From positions 11,118,640 through 11,182,639 of the forward strand of contig CAVNZM010000007.1 in the NCBI GenBank assembly GCA_963693365.1: a stretch of DNA of 64,000 nucleotides, given 5' to 3'. The first letter of the stretch is position 1; every line of letters starts with the position of its first letter. This DNA is from Amoebidium appalachense. Its lineage: Eukaryota; Protista; Ichthyosporea. The position numbers were made by a program, and so were the translations under genes. The notes under the pieces were generated by a model. It saw nothing but the letters and a program-made list of their open reading frames with translations, was not told the origin of the DNA and did no database searches. Shown piece after piece: positions 57,526 through 64,000 of this stretch.

Positions 57526-58193
57526 GGTCGGTTCTGGTGCAGATTCAGACTGGCAGCTCCCCGTGTCAGACACACGCTTTTATACCCTCCAGAGTCCCCG
57601 CCTGCGTCGGCGCACACTCATTCGCAAGGTGCCAGTTCTCGAGGCGCTGCATGACCACGAGTGCGCGCTTGCGTGTTTCGGCGTGTGTGTACGTGGGCCC
57701 GACACGGTGTGTGAGGTGCTGAGCGTGCGCTGTTGCACAAGCATGTGGACCGCAGGTGTGCGACCGGGAGACATTGTGGTGGCGTGCGAGATCAAGCGCG
57801 CGGAGCCCGGGTGGCGCAAGGTGTATCTCGAGCTCGAGGAGGGCGCGTGGACCAGCAACCAATGTGCCGCAGGGTGTAAGCGGAGAAAGTGGTTTCACTA
57901 GGAGAGGTCGCCCACAATTTTTGGGTGAACGTCATGTCAAAACGAAGAGGTCGGTCCAAAAAGAGGGGTCACAGACGTGCAAGGAAGTACGTCTATGCAG
58001 ACGAGTTCATGCCAAAATACCGGAGACTGGTGCTCCGACAGAGTGTGCGAGTAAAGCGCCAAGCACATTGATATTTTTATTTCTGTTGTTGGATTTACAT
58101 TGTATATTCACCCCAATGTGAAGTTGCAAAACCATTATTTGGATCGTTGGATTTACATTATATATTCACCCCGAAACTGGTTAAGATTTTTTG

Positions 58194-58565
58194 CTATAAG
58201 GCATGCCCCACGTTGCCCGCGTTGCTCCAGGGGGTCCCCTCGTTCCACTCATCAAGGTCCGCACCCACCCCCTCGAACTCCTGGTTGCGGTTGCGCCCGT
58301 AGGCTCTGTCAAAGACACCCTCGCGCAGCGGCAGCCCTGCTGCCTCCACCACGTGGCCGACCTCTTTGAAAAAATAGTCAAGCCAGCGCTCACCCCAATC
58401 TTCAAGTGCTGTGCTCAGGTCCTCGGTGGTTGCGCCGCCCGGGGCCATGGTGGTGAACCACCATGTTCCTTCCGGATCCTCACCCGAGCACACCCTGTCC
58501 ATGTACCTCGTCAGTGCGTCCTCCGTCTTGGCGCGCCCTACGTCCCAGCGGTTTTTAGGTTCCAT
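58194..58565 (-). CDS. Hypothetical acidic, Trp-rich protein (~123 aa)
   Basis: ATG ORF with protein-like composition. No family recognised. Confidence 0.55.
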   Translation of the reverse strand: MEPKNRWDVGRAKTEDALTRYMDRVCSGEDPEGTWWFTTMAPGGATTEDLSTALEDWGERWLDYFFKEVGHVVEAAGLPLREGVFDRAYGRNRNQEFEGVGADLDEWNEGTPWSNAGNVGHAL

Positions 58566-58645
58566 TAGCACTGCGATGCATAATCTCTGTGTGTGCTCCC
58601 CGAGTTGCTGGGGAGGGGGCGCTCCAAACTATCTCTTCGGAAGGT

Positions 58646-58900
58646 ATGACTTCTCCGAACATTGCAAACCTGAGATTTGACAACCCGAGTAACTCGTGGG
58701 TGCGCAGGGATGACATTGCCGCCGACCCGCACGAGTACCACCTGACCATCGACAACAGCACGCGCTTCATGCTCTACATGGGCACTTCATTGGACGACCA
58801 TGATGCACAGCTCAAGAGGGCTTCGATGTGGAGGGGCATAGCGCTTGCATGCATGGTGCTGCTCGTGCTGCTGGCCGGCGTGCTGGTGTACAGGTGGTAG
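58646..58900 (+). CDS. 84-aa protein with a C-terminal transmembrane helix (tail-anchored type)
   Basis: ATG at 58646. Ends with GIALACMVLLVLLAGVLVYRW. Confidence 0.65.
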   Translation: MTSPNIANLRFDNPSNSWVRRDDIAADPHEYHLTIDNSTRFMLYMGTSLDDHDAQLKRASMWRGIALACMVLLVLLAGVLVYRW

Positions 58901-58957
58901 GGGGGGGGGGGGGGGTTAAGTTTGTAATTTTTATTCCTGGGCCGCACCAGGCGGACT

Positions 58958-59530
58958 TCACACGAGTTGGTTGCCCGGTTGATCTTGTTGTTTGTGTTTA
59001 TGCACCTCCTTTCGATGTCGCCACAGCCCACTACGCCATGAGAAGGCCTTTGAGCACCCTTCCTCAGCGCATATGTAGGAGCGCTGACCTGTATGGATGC
59101 GGTTATGAAATTTAAGCGCGTTGGAGTTCTTGAGGATCGCCCCGCATCCAGTGACACCACATACCACCTGTTGTCTTGAATCGTGCACCTTTAAGTGCCT
59201 AAGAAGCGCACCCCTGTATGAAAAGCGAGCGCCACACTCATCGTGGTTGCATGCATATGGGCGCTCACCCGTGTGCCTTCGTGTGTGTCGTAAAAGCCGT
59301 CCAGATTGTGGAGACCTGTAGTTGCACCCTTCGTAACTGCACTCGTATTTCATTATTCTGGTGTGTATGGTCATATGCGCATCCAGACCAACTTGTTGCG
59401 TACACCTTACCGTACAACCAGGCCATGTACACGAAAAGGGCTTCTCTCCTGTGTGGACCCTCCTATGGCGCTGCAAGTTTTGGCTTGTTGAAAATGTTTT
59501 ATAACACATGGAGCATTTGTTTTCAGGCAT
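58958..59530 (-). CDS. Intronless C2H2 zinc-finger protein, six fingers
   Basis: Six Cx2-4C...Hx3-4H units with HTGEKPF, HTGERPY and HTGQRSY linkers. Confidence 0.92.
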   Translation of the reverse strand: MPENKCSMCYKTFSTSQNLQRHRRVHTGEKPFSCTWPGCTVRCTQQVGLDAHMTIHTRIMKYECSYEGCNYRSPQSGRLLRHTRRHTGERPYACNHDECGARFSYRGALLRHLKVHDSRQQVVCGVTGCGAILKNSNALKFHNRIHTGQRSYICAEEGCSKAFSWRSGLWRHRKEVHKHKQQDQPGNQLV

Positions 59531-59680
59531 ATTTCATGTCTTGCACCAAAAAAAAAACAAACAGAAACGGGTTGCCGGGTTGCCGTGCCACGCATGGCCC
59601 CCACAGCCCCCCACTGGTGGCATTGTGGCCGCCGTGTACTAAAGCGACACCCGCACTCATTTTCTCCCCATTCCTTAGCA

Positions 59681-60118
59681 ATGGACCAACCATGCAGACC
59701 CCCGCCCAAGAGAGTCTTTCTGTGCCCCGAATGCGCCCAAACGTTCACCACCAACGCCAACATGAAAAGACACCGTGCCACAACGCACTCGCAGACCCGT
59801 CCGTACACATGCCCCCATGATGGCTGCTTTGCATCCTTTACCCGCAGCGACTACATGAAGCTGCATGTGCGAATGCATACCGGCGAGCGTCCATATGTCT
59901 GCGACACGTGCCCTGCCGACTTCCCGTACCCCGCCGCGTTATGGTGGCATCGCCGTTTAGTCCACAAGGAGGACAAGACGCGCACACGGCCGGTGCGGGA
60001 TACCCTCCGGTGCCCGTCGGTGGGATGCGTGTGCAGATTCAGTCGGTCTCATGCTCTAAACTGCCATGTTAGAGCCGAACATCCCGAGCTGGTGACGAAT
60101 GCACCCGATCTGGTATAA
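59681..60118 (+). CDS. Intronless C2H2 zinc-finger protein, four fingers
   Basis: CPEC, CPHDGC, CDTC and CPSVGC fingers with an HTGERPY linker. ATG at 59681. Confidence 0.9.
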   Translation: MDQPCRPPPKRVFLCPECAQTFTTNANMKRHRATTHSQTRPYTCPHDGCFASFTRSDYMKLHVRMHTGERPYVCDTCPADFPYPAALWWHRRLVHKEDKTRTRPVRDTLRCPSVGCVCRFSRSHALNCHVRAEHPELVTNAPDLV

Positions 60119-60169
60119 ATACGGCAAGCACGACCCGACACCTGTCAGATATTATCTAACCATACTACA

Positions 60170-61669
60170 ATGGAAGACCTCTACATGAAGATAGCCACGG
60201 ACATGTCAGAGAACGAGCAGCGCAAACTAGCGACATACGAAGAGTTTGAGCGGACACTGGCAACAGGCACGCGCAACAACTGGTTGGACGCGGACATCGT
60301 CGAGCAATACCAATGGACAGAGGAGCAGATCCACGCATTCTGTCGCACACTGGTGGCTTATTCCCGCCCGGATGGTGTGTACCTCTTCAAGCGTTTCAAG
60401 GATGGGAGATTCGTCCATGAGATCAAGTCCAAGGAGAAGGTGGCCGACATGCTGTCCAAGTACAAGTTCAAATACAACCCGACAGGCAAAAAGGTGGAAA
60501 CCTACAAGGGCTCCTGGCATCTGGACAGTAGCCACATGGTCGTGTACCACGGTGGTATCGTCTTCGACCCCAGTGACCCAGACCCAAAGACCCGTGTCCG
60601 CAACCCCCGCTACACGTCTACCCACAGCCGCACATTCAACAGCTTCCAGGGATTCCAGTTCCTGTATGACCCATCTTTTGTCATATACGAGAGCCTTCTT
60701 GCGGGCTTTATTTCTCATGCCAGGGAGGTCATCTGTGCAGGAGACGAGTCTCTGTACCGTTACGTGCTGGAGTGGCTGGGGCACCTGTTCCAGTACCCCG
60801 CACGCAAGCCCGAGTCTGCTTGGCTGATGAGGAGCATCGAAGGGACCGGCAAGAACATATTTGTAAGGATCATCCAAAATGTCCTGGGTGATGACCTTGT
60901 GGGCGTGGTCGAGACAGAAGACAGACTGGCAAGCCGCTTCAACAGCGGTATAACGTTCAAGTTGTTGGTGGTGTGCAACGAGGTTACCTACGGGAAGAGT
61001 CACCGTACACCGAACCATCTGAAGACGCTTATTACCGACGACACCATGACGTACGAGGCCAAGGGAATTGACGCAGTCAAGGTCAGATCCTGCGAGCGCT
61101 GGATCCTGATGTCCAACGAACAGCATCCCATTCCGGTCAGTCGCACGGACAGGCGCTATGCGTGCATGGAGGTGTCCGACATCCGTGTCGGCGATGAGAT
61201 GTATTTCAGGGCCCTGTCCCAGCAGTATGCAGCTGGATCCCCGGCGCTCGAGCATCTCTACCAGTGGTTCATGAGGATCCCCGTGTCCGACCCCAACCGT
61301 GTCCCACCCCCCATGACCACCCTCAAGCGGCAGCTACAGGACCTCAGCGGGCCGATGGAGCTGCAGTTCCTGCGTGACCTAATGAAACGCGAGAACGTGT
61401 TTGAGGATGCGCCCACGTTTGAGGATGGTGCGAGAGTTACTCCCGGCGGTCTCTTCTATCTCTACCAGACCTGGTGGGAACAGAACACCCCCGACAAGTC
61501 CAAGAGGCCCACCCAGCGTGACTTTGGAATGGCCGTCACTGCAGTCCTCGGAAAGCTCAAGAGTACGCGTGCTGCATCCATAGCTTACGGCGCCCCAGGC
61601 CAAGATTTGTGCGCAGGATCGGGCATTGTCGGTTGCTACACACTTGCTCGTACGGTGGTGGGTCTGTAA
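60170..61669 (+). CDS. D5-like superfamily 3 helicase (DUF5906/NrS-1-like ATPase) with a probable winged-helix C-terminal domain
   Basis: Pre-ATPase FNSFQGF and YVLEWLGHLFQYP, Walker A SIEGTGKN, Walker B LVVCNE, LKTLITDD...YEAKG, motif C ILMSN and arginine finger DRRY. TATAAATA lies ~56 bp upstream. Confidence 0.9.
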   Translation: MEDLYMKIATDMSENEQRKLATYEEFERTLATGTRNNWLDADIVEQYQWTEEQIHAFCRTLVAYSRPDGVYLFKRFKDGRFVHEIKSKEKVADMLSKYKFKYNPTGKKVETYKGSWHLDSSHMVVYHGGIVFDPSDPDPKTRVRNPRYTSTHSRTFNSFQGFQFLYDPSFVIYESLLAGFISHAREVICAGDESLYRYVLEWLGHLFQYPARKPESAWLMRSIEGTGKNIFVRIIQNVLGDDLVGVVETEDRLASRFNSGITFKLLVVCNEVTYGKSHRTPNHLKTLITDDTMTYEAKGIDAVKVRSCERWILMSNEQHPIPVSRTDRRYACMEVSDIRVGDEMYFRALSQQYAAGSPALEHLYQWFMRIPVSDPNRVPPPMTTLKRQLQDLSGPMELQFLRDLMKRENVFEDAPTFEDGARVTPGGLFYLYQTWWEQNTPDKSKRPTQRDFGMAVTAVLGKLKSTRAASIAYGAPGQDLCAGSGIVGCYTLARTVVGL

Positions 61670-61977
61670 CGAAACGTGTAACGCGTAACAAAATTGTAAC
61701 TAGATCCGGGAACCAATCAAAACGCGCAGTTTGTGCCGTTTGACCTCCTTGTATTCTCTGTAACTACTACTTCCTATTTGTAACTAGAGTAACTACTGAA
61801 ATAAATCGGGCGGAACGGGGTGGGATGGGACGATCTGATTGGCTGTTGCTATGGGGGACCACACTTTGAGGGTGGAGTTGAAATCCTTTGATTACACCCC
61901 CTACAACGTTACACCTTCGAGGGTGGAGTTGAAATCCTTTGATTACACCCCCTACAACGTTACACCTTCGAGGGTGG
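61666..61977. promoter_or_regulatory. Candidate replication origin: GTAAC iterons and a 51-bp direct repeat
   Basis: GTAAC at 61666, 61678, 61685, 61696, 61760, 61780 and 61789. Opposite-facing GTTAC/GATTAC lie in the 51-bp duplication (61868-61918, 61919-61969). Confidence 0.5.
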
Positions 61978-62128
61978 GGTATGGTGTCTTATCATATTGT
62001 TGCAATGTAGGTCTTGCATTGGTGAAAAACGACTTCCAAGGTCACTGCGCCGGGGCTTGGGGGGCTGGGGATCACTGGGAACCACAAACTGACTGGGGGG
62101 TGATTTTTATTTTCTTGTGTTGTAAGTG

Positions 62129-62815
62129 ATGGCTACCTACGACGAGTCATATGTCAGGGATAGGCTGGCCAAGCTCGAAGGTGGAACCATTGAGGTACGC
62201 ACGCCCGCAGGACGGATCGACCTGCTGACGGCCACGGAAGTCATCGAAGTCAAGCGCGCTTCTAAATGGAAATCCGCCGTTGGGCAGGTCCTGTGCTATC
62301 AAGCCTACTGTCCGAACCATCGACCTCGGGTCCATCTGTTCGATGTTGCGTCTCTAGATTGCTTGAAAGTGGCGATCGAAACGATGACGCTCCTAGGCAT
62401 CAGAGCCACGATAGAACCAGACACCTTGCAGCTCATTTGGAGCCCACTTCCAGCGCTGGATGTGGAGGCCGAAAAGCCAGTGGCAGTCTGCACATCAGCT
62501 AACAATGAGATGCAATTCCTAAGGGATCTGTTGTCACACAGAAACGGATGTGAAAATTTCACATTCATCCACAACGGTTGTGCCGTGACATCAACCGGGC
62601 TGTATCAGCTTTTTCAGGAATGGCACAACGTCAACGCTGCCCAAACTCCTATGCCAAGCACTCGGGCATTCGGGATGGCCATTACAAAAATTCTTGGACA
62701 CACAAAATGCACGCTCGAACCTAGAGTTTGCAAATGGCCACTGCACCCACCAACAGGTGCCAGTGGCAAGTCAGACTGCTACTACCTGTGGGCTTCAAGG
62801 ATCTTTCAGGATTAG
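62129..62815 (+). CDS. PD-(D/E)XK-like nuclease domain fused to a copy of the helicase C-terminal domain, paralog 1
   Basis: Nuclease signature EVRTPAGRIDLLTATEVIEVK...WKSAVGQVLCY. The C-terminus EMQFLRDL...FGMAITKILG aligns to the helicase tail. Confidence 0.85.
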   Translation: MATYDESYVRDRLAKLEGGTIEVRTPAGRIDLLTATEVIEVKRASKWKSAVGQVLCYQAYCPNHRPRVHLFDVASLDCLKVAIETMTLLGIRATIEPDTLQLIWSPLPALDVEAEKPVAVCTSANNEMQFLRDLLSHRNGCENFTFIHNGCAVTSTGLYQLFQEWHNVNAAQTPMPSTRAFGMAITKILGHTKCTLEPRVCKWPLHPPTGASGKSDCYYLWASRIFQD

Positions 62816-63109
62816 GAGCGCCCCCAGGCCCCCACCGCCCCACCACCCCAGAATCGGGGCAAAGGTGCCTTGGACCATCACCCAATAAACCTGGCACCAG
62901 TGAGCAAGCAGGTCTTGCAATATGTCTCAAACAACTTGCATAGACACTGCGCGGGGCCTGGGGGGCATGAGGGGCACGCCAGGCATGCACGGCCGGGGAG
63001 GCACGGTGGTCTCGCAGGCGGCACGAGCCTCGCGAGCCACGCATGCCCCTCAAGCCCCCACAGCCCCTCACTGGTGGTATCATCACGGCTATTTTTATCT
63101 GTGCCATGT

Positions 63110-63814
63110 ATGATGGCTGTAGGTGACGAATCATGGGTAAGAGACCGACTTATGAGCCTGGAGGGGGGAAAGAAGGAAGTGCATACACCAGCAGGTCGTA
63201 TCGATCTCCTGACTGACACAGAGGTCATTGAGGTAAAGCGGGCGCATGAGTGGAAGGGGGCCATGGGACAGGTTCTCGCCTACCATGGGTATTTCCTTGA
63301 CCACCAACCCCGGGTTCATTTATTTGGGTATGCATCAGCTGATGTATACAGGGTTGCCGCGGAAACAATGGCTCGATTAGGCATCACATTGACAGTAGAA
63401 CCTGATACGGTGCAGTTGATGTGGATGCCCCGCCCAGCACGCCCAAACACCCAAACTGATTCTGAACAACAGCCGGATTCCTCGGAGTCAGAGTATAGAC
63501 TTTTCTTCGAGTTCCTCAAAGACACGGCGAATTGTAAAGACGGTATGTCTATACAGCAACTACACGATGGGGCCCGTGTTACAGCCACGGCAATGCTACA
63601 TCTGTTCAAAGAGTGGCTTGCTCTCAACGGCAAGTCTAAGAGTTTGCCATATATCAATGTGAAGAGCGTGGGCTCCATGCTCACCAAGGTTCTCGGAGCC
63701 AACAGGGGGGTGCGAAACAACCACCTGACTGTCCCCCCTGGGATGACTGCGCTTGCCCCGACCGGAACATCATATGCTTTCGTGTTCGATTGCGAGAAGA
63801 TTAATCACGCCTAG
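63110..63814 (+). CDS. PD-(D/E)XK-like nuclease domain fused to a helicase-type C-terminal domain, paralog 2
   Basis: EVHTPAGRIDLLTDTEVIEVK...WKGAMGQVLAY. The C-terminus contains DGARVT, identical to the helicase. ATG at 63110/63113 by alignment with paralog 1. Confidence 0.85.
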   Translation: MMAVGDESWVRDRLMSLEGGKKEVHTPAGRIDLLTDTEVIEVKRAHEWKGAMGQVLAYHGYFLDHQPRVHLFGYASADVYRVAAETMARLGITLTVEPDTVQLMWMPRPARPNTQTDSEQQPDSSESEYRLFFEFLKDTANCKDGMSIQQLHDGARVTATAMLHLFKEWLALNGKSKSLPYINVKSVGSMLTKVLGANRGVRNNHLTVPPGMTALAPTGTSYAFVFDCEKINHA

Positions 63815-64000
63815 GGATCCTCTGATACGCTGCTTAGGCGCTGCGCGCAGGGCGCGCGAGGCCCGCGAGGCACAGGAGGCACGCGTGGCACGTGCGCCAC
63901 AGGAGCCCCTCCCAGCCACCCAGGCCCCCAGGCCCCCCGCTGGAACAATGATCACTCCAAATCCAGGGCGTTGCACACCGAGACCAGGTTTGCCCTTGCG

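Larger units (their letters stand above)
49747..64000. mobile_element. Left ~14 kb of a large virus-like, probably self-replicating DNA element with a hairpin terminus (continues beyond the window)
   Basis: Abrupt loss of microsatellites, dense intronless ORFs, a D5-like SF3 helicase, PD-(D/E)XK nucleases and a terminal palindrome. Confidence 0.8.

Noticed and set aside
60227-61255. 342-aa minus-strand ORF
   Set aside because: Antisense shadow of the GC3-biased helicase gene.
62870-63109. N-terminal extension of the 314-aa ORF
   Set aside because: Alignment with paralog 1 and the duplicated upstream motifs place the start at 63110/63113. The extension crosses a GC hairpin.
49747-64000. Assignment to Polinton/adintovirus, Helitron or parvovirus
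   Set aside because: No pPolB, integrase, capsid, packaging ATPase or HUH motif is seen in this window. Classification needs the rest of the element.

Overview
Eukaryotic genomic DNA in two sharply different parts. (1) Bases 1 to ~49,300 are host sequence. GC-rich exons sit in introns and spacers full of (CA)n/(GT)n microsatellites, poly-G/poly-C tracts, minisatellites and small non-autonomous transposons. Two spliced genes are recognisable, both on the minus strand: a ZNF598/Hel2-type RING E3 ligase and a type I PIP5K. The PIP5K is animal-like, which suggests a unicellular holozoan (inference only). There are also a C2H2-finger gene and some unknown or degenerate genes. (2) From 49,747 to the window end, microsatellites almost vanish and a compact, intronless, virus-like element begins. 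It opens with a ~334-bp GC-rich palindrome (hairpin terminus). It then carries an inverted-repeat-bounded cassette of coiled-coil genes around a TTAGGG-containing array, two divergent C2H2 zinc-finger genes and a D5-like SF3 helicase followed by GTAAC iterons. It ends with two tandem PD-(D/E)XK nuclease genes, each fused to a copy of the helicase's own C-terminal domain. No integrase, PolB or capsid gene is visible, and the element runs off the right edge. All calls come from reading the sequence; no searches were run.
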